Source of the DNA: Patescibacteria group bacterium
Lineage (GTDB): Bacteria > Patescibacteriota > Patescibacteriia > JAXHNJ01
NCBI GenBank assembly: GCA_041649715.1
Contig: JBAZMP010000001.1
Coordinates: forward strand, 309,287 to 373,286
Reading direction: 5' to 3'
Length of the DNA stretch: 64,000 nucleotides
Positions 8,284 through 16,447 of this stretch are shown in pieces (position 1 is the stretch's first letter; the number at the start of each line of letters is the position of its first letter). A model generated the notes under the pieces. The model was not told the origin of the DNA. It made no database searches and saw only the letters and a list, made by a program, of their open reading frames with translations. The position numbers were made by a program, and so were the translations under genes.

Positions 8284-9023
8284 TTTCCCAGGAATTAATA
8301 AAAAAAATAGCCAGTCAGAATAAAACAGCGGATTTTCCCAATATTGTCCGCGAGTATTTTCAGCACCTTTTTTTATCCGAGCTCTATAGATTATCCGGCG
8401 CCGAGAATTTGCTTTTTAAGGGCGGGACCGCTTTGCGCATTATCTACGGCAGTCCGCGCTTTTCCGAGGATTTGGATTTTACCCTGATCGGCGTTGAAGG
8501 TTACCGGAAAAAGGAATTCGCGGAAAGCCTGTTTCTCAGCGTTTTGACCGAGATTGAAAAAATCGGCATTAAGGTGGAGATAAACCGGAAGTCGGATGAG
8601 ACCCGCGAGGGTTATTTTGGCGATGCGAACTATCAGGTTTATGATTATCCCGAAACGTCCGTGAGTATAAATATATCCTCAAGAGAGGGAAAAGATATTA
8701 AGGGCGAGATTGATTCCATCGCCAATGATTTCATACCGACTTATAATATTCTGCATCTGTCAAAAAATGTGTTGGTGGAAGAAAAAATAACGGCCGCGAT
8801 CACTCGGGCGAAACCCAGAGATTTTTACGATGTCTATTTTATCCTTAGAAAAAATTTGCTGGCGACAGAAAATAAAAAAATACTCCCTGACATCCTTGAT
8901 AAATTGAATAACACTGATATTAATTTTACCCAGGAATTAGGCATTTTCTTGCCGAAGGATCAGCAGCAAATAGTGAAAGATTTCAAGAATATTTTAACTT
9001 CTGAAATAAAGCGTTATATTTAG
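8280..9023 (+). CDS. abiEii: Type IV toxin-antitoxin system toxin AbiEii (DUF1814 nucleotidyltransferase)
   Basis: 247 aa. It has the nucleotidyltransferase motif LFKGGTALRIIYGSPRFSEDLDFTL (GS...DxD), and its size and operon partner are typical. Confidence 0.75.
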   Translation: MISQELIKKIASQNKTADFPNIVREYFQHLFLSELYRLSGAENLLFKGGTALRIIYGSPRFSEDLDFTLIGVEGYRKKEFAESLFLSVLTEIEKIGIKVEINRKSDETREGYFGDANYQVYDYPETSVSINISSREGKDIKGEIDSIANDFIPTYNILHLSKNVLVEEKITAAITRAKPRDFYDVYFILRKNLLATENKKILPDILDKLNNTDINFTQELGIFLPKDQQQIVKDFKNILTSEIKRYI

Positions 9024-9036
9024 CCTTAACATATTT

Positions 9037-10059
9037 ATGGAAACCAAAAATCCAATGAAAACCAAAAAGTGGCTCTGGTACGCCGCAGCGGCTCTTTTAT
9101 GTTTTATCGCCATCGCCGCTTTTGCCTGGAGCGCGGCCAATAAGAGCAAGAATACGAACGCGGTGGCCGTGGCCAATAAAAACGTAAATTCGGCTGCTAA
9201 TTCCAACGCCGCAGCTGGTCAGAACGCCAATAGCAGTCTGGCCAATACCAATACGAACACCAATAATAATACTAATGCCAGCGCCAATACCAACGCTAGC
9301 CAGATCGTGACCGCGGCCAAGACCATTGATGAAACAGCCATTACGCTGGTGCAAAAAAGTACCGGCCACTGCGAAGCCTTGGCTCCTTTGGACTGGTCTT
9401 TTGTCACCAATGCCGAAGGGAGCGGCGCGGATCTTTATTCCGCCGATAAATCCTTGAAAGCCGCCATGCACGCCGGCTGGGGGATCTCGGCCGTCTATAC
9501 CTACATGTATCCGACCGTGGATTCTTTTCTTTCCGCCTGGCTCGGTTATGCTTATACCGGTTCATTTACCAACGGAGGCATTACCTTGGCCGCCGCCCAG
9601 GATGTTTATGAAGGTTTTATCCAGCGGGAATTTACCACCTCAAACGGCCGCAAAGGGGTGGCGATATACAAGACCTACAATTTCGGCGACCCGACCATGT
9701 ACGTGGTTTCCGTTTATATCGCCGATACGGCCAGCGACAAGTGGGAGACCAGCGGCGCTCAGCCATTTTACGTCGCCCTGACCATCCGCTGCGTCACCCA
9801 GCTCCGGCCGGTAACTTCCAGCGTTGATCCTTACACTTCTGATCCGGGCAGTTCTTCTGACAATCCCGAAGTGGGCCTGTCTGACAAATGGACCGAAGCC
9901 ATTATGGGTTATGAAAATGTCTATTCCCCGACCACGGGGGAGCATTACGAAGCGCCCCTTACTTCCGAGTGGCAGGGCGGTCCGCAAGGAACCGGTTATT
10001 ACCGCAGCCTTCCCAATGGCGGTTATGAAAAACTTGAACCGGGGTTTGGAGAGTACTAG
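9037..10059 (+). CDS. Membrane-anchored extracytoplasmic protein of unknown function with an Asn-rich linker
   Basis: 340 aa. A basic N-terminus and one TM helix (WLWYAAAALLCFIAIAAFAW) are followed by an NTN/NAN low-complexity linker and a globular domain. GC content is markedly higher than in the neighbouring genes. Confidence 0.6.
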   Translation: METKNPMKTKKWLWYAAAALLCFIAIAAFAWSAANKSKNTNAVAVANKNVNSAANSNAAAGQNANSSLANTNTNTNNNTNASANTNASQIVTAAKTIDETAITLVQKSTGHCEALAPLDWSFVTNAEGSGADLYSADKSLKAAMHAGWGISAVYTYMYPTVDSFLSAWLGYAYTGSFTNGGITLAAAQDVYEGFIQREFTTSNGRKGVAIYKTYNFGDPTMYVVSVYIADTASDKWETSGAQPFYVALTIRCVTQLRPVTSSVDPYTSDPGSSSDNPEVGLSDKWTEAIMGYENVYSPTTGEHYEAPLTSEWQGGPQGTGYYRSLPNGGYEKLEPGFGEY

Positions 10060-10830
10060 GCAGATAATATTATTGTCATACTGAGGAGCCATGAGATCCT
10101 GAGTCGCATCGAAGGACGAATGGCGTCTCGAAGTATGACCGTTTAGACACATAAAAGCCTGTCTATCCTTCGAGGCTCGCATTGCTCGCACCTCAGGGTG
10201 ACAGTTTTAGTTTTATTTGAAATTCGGTGCATCGGATTTAATCGTCAGGCGGCGAAGCGTTGACGAGCCGCCACTAAGAAAAAGTTAGCAGTAATTTAAG
10301 CTTTCAGCAGGCTGGGGTCTCTGCCTACGGCAGACAGGTGGGGGCTTCATCGCCTTAAATATTTTACAGCGTTTTTTGCTATTAAAAATAACGAAAATTT
10401 AATGGGCGAGGGGGTCCGGGGGAAAAACTGAAAGCGAATGGGCTACGCGGTAAAACCAACCCCCTGTGCTCGCGGTTTTTTTCCCCCGGGGCTTTTGGTT
10501 CTTTTGGCCTCAAAAGAACAAGACAATCAGCCTTGCCCCCTAAAATAAAAATTTTCTAAAGGTAAAAACTCACCCTTCGAGGCTCCCATTCGACGCGGCT
10601 CATGCTCGCACCTCAGGGTGACAGTTTTATTATTTTGGTTTTTGGAGTCTGCCCTGAGTGGCAACGAAGGGGTTACAAAAGTTGAAATACTTCGGCACAG
10701 ACTAAAGATTGAGTAAGGGATAAACAGAAGAAACCGTCTACCCTTCGAGGCTTAGGCGTTGCCTTCGCACCTCAGGGTGACAATTTTAGTTTGCATTTAT
10801 CAACTTTATAAGATTAAAATAAAAGACCCT
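10060..10830. repeat. Non-coding island densely packed with structured repeat modules (families A and B, a TTAGCAG..GCTTTCAGCA module and an AGCCTTGCCCCC..AAAATAAAA module)
   Basis: Family A copy at 10409..10530. Family B arms at 10158..10215, 10571..10640 and 10735..10795. A CTGCCCTGAGTGGCAACGAAGGGGTTACAAAAGTTGAAA module at 10644..10690. No credible ORF. Confidence 0.7.
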
Positions 10831-10879
10831 TTTGTTCAAGCAGTGGGTCTTTAGGCATCTGCTAGCTTGCGGATGGGCG

Positions 10880-11188
10880 CTACGAGAGGAACTGGATCCA
10901 GCCATGGCGGGTGCGAAAATCGAATTTGATGAGATGATCGTGCGGTCCCTCCCGGTCAACCGAGTAGGCCTTTATTATCCAGCGTTCGCCGGAGACGTCT
11001 GCCCGCTCCATCCCTCGGATAGCGGCGTTAACGGCGGTTTGAGGCGCCATGGGCGGCATACCTCGTTTCCACGGCTTCGGCGTGATCTTGAATTCTACCC
11101 ATTTCTGTTCGTGATTCTGGCCCACGAACAGAGCGATGAGGGCGTCGAACTTCGACGGCCCGTCGAGGATCTCAATACGCTGTGCCAT
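10880..11188 (-). CDS. Hypothetical protein (GC-rich)
   Basis: 102-aa ORF with an excellent Shine-Dalgarno sequence AGGAGGT 6 nt upstream of the ATG on the minus strand. The overlapping plus-strand 178-aa ORF is Arg/Pro-rich junk. Confidence 0.5.
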   Translation of the reverse strand: MAQRIEILDGPSKFDALIALFVGQNHEQKWVEFKITPKPWKRGMPPMAPQTAVNAAIRGMERADVSGERWIIKAYSVDREGPHDHLIKFDFRTRHGWIQFLS

Positions 11189-11375
11189 CCGGCACCTCCT
11201 GGGAAAAGAGCGGATTTCCTTGGGCTAGGCGGAAATCACCGGCCTACTTATTCCCGTTTTTGCCCGCGGGAACGACCTGCTCATCCGAGACAGGAATTAC
11301 GGATATTACAAATTAGCATAGAGACAAAACTTAGTCAAGAGTTTTTATTTTTTTCAATTAGAGTATAATAAACTT

Positions 11376-11627
11376 ATGGAAACCTCTAAAATCGAATCTT
11401 TTGCGCAAGCCATGGCCAGAGCGGAAACACTGGAAAGGGAAGGCGGTTTAACTGACGAAGTGATGGCTATAAGGATGTGGGTCAAAGAAAAATATCCAAC
11501 GGAGTTTGCCGGATATCTTAAGAATAAAACCGATAAAGCCGGCAGCGCCGGCGAAACCATCCATTCCAATGTCTACGGGAAAAAAAGAATGGATGACCTG
11601 AAAAATAAAAGAGAAATTAAATTCTAA
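11376..11627 (+). CDS. Hypothetical small protein
   Basis: 83-aa ORF with a TATAAT box about 10 nt upstream. The protein is charged and helical. No motif recognised. Confidence 0.4.
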   Translation: METSKIESFAQAMARAETLEREGGLTDEVMAIRMWVKEKYPTEFAGYLKNKTDKAGSAGETIHSNVYGKKRMDDLKNKREIKF

Positions 11628-11637
11628 AAATATCCAT

Positions 11638-12531
11638 ATGCAAAAAAAATCCTGGCTTAGCCTCATTTATTTTCTGGTTTTTGGCTTATTAATAATTTTT
11701 ACTTTCTTATTCAAAAGCCGTTCTCTGCTGTATGTAGTAATTCCCATTTTTTTTGGTTTTATCGTGGTTTTGAGTTTGATAAATGTTGGAGGCAAGATGT
11801 TTTCTTTTTCCAAAGGTTTGATGACCATGAGTAAAACCGGGCCGGTTTTTACCTCTAAGGTCTGGTCTTGGCGGGAAGGGGAAACGATTGATTTCGCCGA
11901 TATTTTTCCGGGGTTGAAGGACGTGACCTCATTTTTCAGTGAAATGCCACTGCCGAAAATAAAACCGGAGAGAGTGGCGATTGGAGAAAAAGAGGGGGTG
12001 AATTATAATATTTACCGGCTTAATTTCACGAATATCGTAAAAGTTCCGGCCAGCCGCAAACCGGGCTTCCGGCCGCTGATAATCCACGGGGTTAAAGCGC
12101 CGGGAATGAGCGGGGGCTTGAATTCAAGTGTGAGCCAGAGCTTTAATATTTTGCAGGCCAGATTGACTTTTCCTGGATCTTTCCCCGGCCGTTTGATTAT
12201 CCAAAGAGTTGCCGGGCCGACCTTGGGCCGTGATATTGATCTGGAAAGCGTGGAATTTAACAAAAAAGTTCAGGTCTATACCAATCAGGCCAAAATCGCT
12301 TACCAGATTTTATCCCCGGATTTTATGGACTGGTATTTGAAACTGCCTGATCAGCCGGTTATCGCTTTTGACCAACAGATATGTTATTACACCCTGATCG
12401 GATTCAGTAATAAGGGTGAGGAAGAGATTACCGCCGATATTGAACAATTGATTGACCGCGTCCTGCATTCAGGGGCTTTAACCTTATCCCAAATCCCAAA
12501 TCCTAAATCCAAAACAAATCCCAATATCTAA
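11638..12531 (+). CDS. Hypothetical membrane protein (two N-terminal TM helices plus a globular domain)
   Basis: 297 aa. TM helices are LSLIYFLVFGLLIIFTFLF and VVIPIFFGFIVVLSLINV. The last roughly 12 codons (PNPKSKTNPNI) are encoded by an AAATCC-type repeat. Confidence 0.55.
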   Translation: MQKKSWLSLIYFLVFGLLIIFTFLFKSRSLLYVVIPIFFGFIVVLSLINVGGKMFSFSKGLMTMSKTGPVFTSKVWSWREGETIDFADIFPGLKDVTSFFSEMPLPKIKPERVAIGEKEGVNYNIYRLNFTNIVKVPASRKPGFRPLIIHGVKAPGMSGGLNSSVSQSFNILQARLTFPGSFPGRLIIQRVAGPTLGRDIDLESVEFNKKVQVYTNQAKIAYQILSPDFMDWYLKLPDQPVIAFDQQICYYTLIGFSNKGEEEITADIEQLIDRVLHSGALTLSQIPNPKSKTNPNI

Positions 12532-13175
12532 ATCTGAAATTCGAAACACGGCGGCGTCGTCTCATTTTATGGTGAACAAAAGTAATCAGAAAGCGTGGGG
12601 GCTCCGGGGGTTTTCCTCAGTCCGCAGGGGTTTTAGCGTCTATTTACGCAAATCTTGAACGAATTAAAACCCCCGGGGCTCTTTGGTACTTTCTGGCCCC
12701 AGAAAGTACAAGCAAACAGCCTTGCCCCCAAAAATAAAATTTTCAAAAAAGTAAAACTAACCCTTCGACGCGGCTCAGGGTGACAAGAGGAGAAAGGCGG
12801 CGAAACCAGGGGCGAGCCGCCTAGTGAATAAAAATTAGCAGATACTTTATGCTTTCAGCAAAACAGGGGTCCGGGGGGAATGCTCGACTTTGCGGCTTTT
12901 AGCATTTATATGAGTTTTAAGGGGGCAATCATTCCCCCCGGAACTTTTGCTACTGGAGCCTGCCCTGAGTGGCACCGAAGGGGTTACAAAAGTTGAAAGA
13001 TAGCATCTAAAAAAACAGCTAAAGTAAAACAAAATAATAAACCAAAAAATTACTCTCGCCCGTCTTACGCATAGGTCGATCTTTTTGGCTAATTTAAGCA
13101 GAAATAACAAAAAGACGTTAATTTTGACTAAATCGGCTAAAATCGCTATAATAAAGTTAAATACAGGAGGGGAAA
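12532..13175. repeat. Non-coding island of structured repeat modules (family A copies 3 and 4, a family B fragment, and others)
   Basis: GGGGGCTCCGGGGGTTTTCC...AAAACCCCCGGGGCTC at 12596..12680. GGGGTCCGGGGGGAATG...CATTCCCCCCGGAAC at 12866..12955. CTGCCCTGAGTGGCACCGAAGGGGTTACAAAAGTTGAAA at 12958..13000. Confidence 0.7.
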
Positions 13176-14480
13176 TTGAGTAAACAAATGCCGTATATTT
13201 TGTTATCAGACATCAAGCAATATTTAGGCCAAGAGGTGCTTCTTAAAGGCTGGGTTTTTAACGCCCGGTCTTCCGGAAGCCTCTTTTTTTTACAGCTGCG
13301 GGACGGCTTGGGAGAGGTTCAGGGAGTAGTTTCCAAAAAAGAAGTCAGCCCGGAGGTTTTTGACGCCGCAAAGAAGCTTCAGATAGAATCTTCCGTGGAA
13401 GTCACCGGGATTTTGAAAGAAGAGGCTAAATCGCCCTCGGGTTTTGAAATTCAGGTTAAGGATTTGAAAGTCATTCAGATAGCCTCCGATTACCCGATCG
13501 CCAAAAAAGAGCACGGCCCGGATTTTCTGATGGATAACCGGCATTTGTGGCTTCGTTCTTCCCGCCAGCGGGCGATTTTAAAAATAAGGGATTCGGTTAT
13601 TTGGGCCGCCCGCAAATTTTTTAAAGACAATAATTTTACGCTGACGGATTCGCCGATCCTGACGCCGACCGCCTGCGAAGGGACGACCACGCTTTTTAAA
13701 ACCAAATATTTTGAGGAAGACGCTTATCTCGCGCAGTCCGGACAATTATACATTGAAGCGACGGCCGCCGCCCTGGGCCGGGTTTATGATTTCGGGCCTA
13801 CATTCCGGGCGGAAAAATCCAAGACCCGTCGTCACCTGATGGAATTCTGGATGCTGGACGCGGAAGCGGCTTTTGTGGAGCATGAGGAAAACTTAAAGAT
13901 CCAGGAAAATCTGATCAGTTCCATTGTTAAATATGTTTTGGAAAATAATAAAAAAGAGCTGGCAGTTTTGGAAAGAGACATAAAACCTTTGGAAAAAATT
14001 AAGCCGCCTTTTTACCGCAAGAAATATGAAGAGGTTATTAAGGATCTGCAAAGCAAGGGAAGCCCGATAAAATCCGGGGATGATTTCGGCGGAGACGAGG
14101 AAACCCTGATTTCCAAGGATCTGGACAAACCGGTTTTTGTCACGCATTGGCCGAAAAGTATAAAACCTTTTTACATGAAACAGGATCCCCGAAATCCCAA
14201 ATTAGTTTTGAATGCTGATTGCCTCGCCCCGGAAAGTTTTGGCGAGATCATCGGCGGTTCGCAAAGGGAAGATGATTATGAAACTTTGAAAGCCAACATG
14301 GAAAAAGCGAAAATTCCCATCAAGGATTACCAGTGGTATTTGGATTTGCGCCAATACGGCACTTTTCCGCACTCCGGTTTTGGCTTGGGAATTGAAAGAA
14401 CCGTGGCCTGGATCTGCGGATTAAAGCATATCCGCGAGACGATACCGTTTCCAAGAATGCTGAATAGACTTAGGCCATAG
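13176..14480 (+). CDS. asnS: Asparagine--tRNA ligase
   Basis: 434 aa. Class II motif 2 is FRAEKSKTRRHLMEFWMLDAE and motif 3 is GFGLGIERTVAWICGLKHIRETIPFPR. It has an N-terminal OB anticodon-binding domain and the size typical of AsnRS. A TTG start sits 5 nt after AGGAGG. Confidence 0.85.
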   Translation: MSKQMPYILLSDIKQYLGQEVLLKGWVFNARSSGSLFFLQLRDGLGEVQGVVSKKEVSPEVFDAAKKLQIESSVEVTGILKEEAKSPSGFEIQVKDLKVIQIASDYPIAKKEHGPDFLMDNRHLWLRSSRQRAILKIRDSVIWAARKFFKDNNFTLTDSPILTPTACEGTTTLFKTKYFEEDAYLAQSGQLYIEATAAALGRVYDFGPTFRAEKSKTRRHLMEFWMLDAEAAFVEHEENLKIQENLISSIVKYVLENNKKELAVLERDIKPLEKIKPPFYRKKYEEVIKDLQSKGSPIKSGDDFGGDEETLISKDLDKPVFVTHWPKSIKPFYMKQDPRNPKLVLNADCLAPESFGEIIGGSQREDDYETLKANMEKAKIPIKDYQWYLDLRQYGTFPHSGFGLGIERTVAWICGLKHIRETIPFPRMLNRLRP

Positions 14481-14499
14481 TTGGTATTAATTTGTTATT

Positions 14500-14672
14500 T
14501 TTAAATCCTAAATTCTAAATCCGAAAATCTAAACAAATCTTAAATTCTAAATTCCAAATTCAAAACCGGTTTGGAACATTGGAAAATTAGGGCTTCGAAT
14601 TTGTTTCGGATTTAGGATTTCGCGCTTCGAATTTATCTGAATTTTGGTGCTTGTAATTTGGAATTTTGAAGA
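14500..14672. repeat. Long AT-rich palindromic hairpin of the AAATYC/GAATTT family (probable bidirectional terminator)
   Basis: AAATCCTAAATTCTAAATCCGAAAATCT...TTTCGGATTTAGGATTT. The two arms are near-perfect reverse complements across more than 60 nt. Confidence 0.65.
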
Positions 14673-14699
14673 ATTATATCGTATAGATTATTAATTACC

Positions 14700-15125
14700 A
14701 TGCCTGAAACAATTTTCAACCCCCCTGGTTATCAGAAAAATAATAAATCAAAGAAAATTGTGATCATTGTTCTTGTCATTCTTGTTTTGTTAGTCGCGGC
14801 TTTCTTTTTCGGCTATTTTTACCAGAAAAATAAGTGGAGTGTAAGCGACATATTTACTTTTGAATCAGATTGCGCCAAAGAAGGCGGGAGTATTTCCGTT
14901 ACTGGTAAGTTCAAGAAGTGCTGCGGGTCTTTAAAGCCAGTCCGCCCATATAGGATGATAGATACGGCGCAAGACACAAAACCACTTCTATTAACAGTTG
15001 ATTTCTATAAGGGAGACATTGCTTGTACCGGTCTTCCTGGCGGTATGGATTGCGTCCGTTGCGGGAATGGCAAATGCGGTAAAGGCGAGAATATCTGTAA
15101 TTGCCCGCAGGATTGCAAGGAATGA
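14700..15125 (+). CDS. Signal-anchored Cys-rich extracytoplasmic small protein
   Basis: 141 aa. A TM anchor ending in GYFY is followed by a domain with 11 Cys (CCGSLKP, CTGLPGGMDCVRCGNGKCGKGENICNCPQDC). Confidence 0.6.
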   Translation: MPETIFNPPGYQKNNKSKKIVIIVLVILVLLVAAFFFGYFYQKNKWSVSDIFTFESDCAKEGGSISVTGKFKKCCGSLKPVRPYRMIDTAQDTKPLLLTVDFYKGDIACTGLPGGMDCVRCGNGKCGKGENICNCPQDCKE

Positions 15126-15146
15126 GAATATTAGTATTAAAATAAT

Positions 15147-16421
15147 ATGGAAGATCAAACTCAACCCAATCCGACAAAGGAAAAACGCCCTCAAAAAACC
15201 AGCTTGCTGGCCATTCTTATTTTGATCGCCGTCCTGCTCGGGGCGATCATTATCGCCGGCTACTTCTATTTTGTTCCGGCGGACAGGGAGAATAAAAACA
15301 CCAATCAGGTGGCGGTCAGTTCCAATTCTAATGAAAATCAGAACACCAGCCAGCTTTTAGGCGGAGATGAAGATGAGCACGGCTGCAAAGGTTCGGCCGG
15401 CTATTCTTGGTGCGAAGCTAAGCAGAAATGCTTGAGAATTTGGGAGGAGGTCTGCCCAAGTAGCTTTAATAATTTGGGAAATAGCGCCCCCACTTTATCG
15501 GGCGAATTCTGGATGATTCAAAATTATACCGCTAAATTAAAGAGTATTAATATTGCCAATAAAGAGATTAAAGAATGGACGGAATATCCAAATCAACCTC
15601 AAAATAGCGAAAATGAAATACCGGCGCCAAAAGGTAATCACATGTTATATAATAAAAAAGATACTGACGGAAATTGGGCCTTGTATGTTTCTGAGACCAA
15701 TGGTAAAAATGAAAAACTTATTACGACTGGCGGGGTGTGTACAGATGGTCCGTGTTCCAAAGAAAATACTTATGGAGTGGGCAAAATTTCTCCGGATGGG
15801 CAATATGTTTCATTCAGAAAAGGAGAAAATAGCATTGTTAAAAATCTTGTCACTGATAAAGAAACCATTCTGCCCTTAAAACTGACTCTCGCTCCTGCGG
15901 CTTTTACTCCTCTTCAGACATATGTTTACACAGTTTCACAAAAGGAAAATGAGGTTAATTATTACCTGGAAATCGGCAAGTTATCAGATACTGAATTTCG
16001 CTTGATTAATCCCGCACTTTCCCTTTTTTATGCCATTGATTTTTCGCCGGACGAAAATTATTTTGCCATTAGTGGTAATCAGGGAGTTTGCATCTATGAG
16101 ACAAAGACCGGCCAGTTATTAGACAAAAAAGAGAGTAATGATATGTCAGGAATTTACGAAATAGTTTGGCTATCAAACAATAAGCTTATTTTGCGGACTC
16201 ATAATTCAGTTTTGCATCAATTTACTTTAATCGATCATAAAATTACCGAAGAAATAATATACAAAGCCGAATATTTAGACTCCCTTTTTAGAATAGATGA
16301 CAATAATGTTCTTTTGCGATCCGGCGGTAATGATTTGATAGTGATTAATACGACTACCGGAACTATAACCGAAGTTTATTCAAGTGACGATTATTTCGCT
16401 ATTTTAGGGTCAAAGGAATAA
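15147..16421 (+). CDS. Signal-anchored secreted protein with a Cys-rich module and TolB-like beta-propeller repeats
   Basis: 424 aa. The N-terminal leader KEKRPQKTSLLAILILIAVLLGAIIIAGYFYFVPADRENKN is shared with the next gene. Repeats such as SPDGQYVSF and FSPDENYFAISG are propeller-like. Confidence 0.6.
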   Translation: MEDQTQPNPTKEKRPQKTSLLAILILIAVLLGAIIIAGYFYFVPADRENKNTNQVAVSSNSNENQNTSQLLGGDEDEHGCKGSAGYSWCEAKQKCLRIWEEVCPSSFNNLGNSAPTLSGEFWMIQNYTAKLKSINIANKEIKEWTEYPNQPQNSENEIPAPKGNHMLYNKKDTDGNWALYVSETNGKNEKLITTGGVCTDGPCSKENTYGVGKISPDGQYVSFRKGENSIVKNLVTDKETILPLKLTLAPAAFTPLQTYVYTVSQKENEVNYYLEIGKLSDTEFRLINPALSLFYAIDFSPDENYFAISGNQGVCIYETKTGQLLDKKESNDMSGIYEIVWLSNNKLILRTHNSVLHQFTLIDHKITEEIIYKAEYLDSLFRIDDNNVLLRSGGNDLIVINTTTGTITEVYSSDDYFAILGSKE

Positions 16422-16447
16422 TTATATTAAATAGTCGAAAAAAATAA

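Noticed and set aside
9097-10191. Several minus-strand and alternative-frame ORFs (9097..9471, 9219..9410, 9548..9781, 9640..10191, 9824..10084) inside 9037..10059
   Set aside because: This gene is GC-rich, which makes spurious long ORFs likely. The plus-strand 340-aa frame has the coherent anchor, linker and domain architecture shared with other genes here.
10832-11368. Plus-strand 178-aa ORF
   Set aside because: Its translation is Arg/Pro-rich and nonsensical. The opposite-strand 102-aa ORF has a perfect ribosome-binding site and was preferred.
7480-12990. Possibility that the CTGAGTGG..CGAAGG module is a hammerhead ribozyme
   Set aside because: The core reads CUGAGUG rather than CUGAnGA, and the GAAA box is not correctly placed.
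7294-13000. Possibility that the repeat islands are a CRISPR array
   Set aside because: The repeats are of several types, irregularly spaced and often inverted. They are not a single short direct repeat with uniform spacers, and no cas genes are present.
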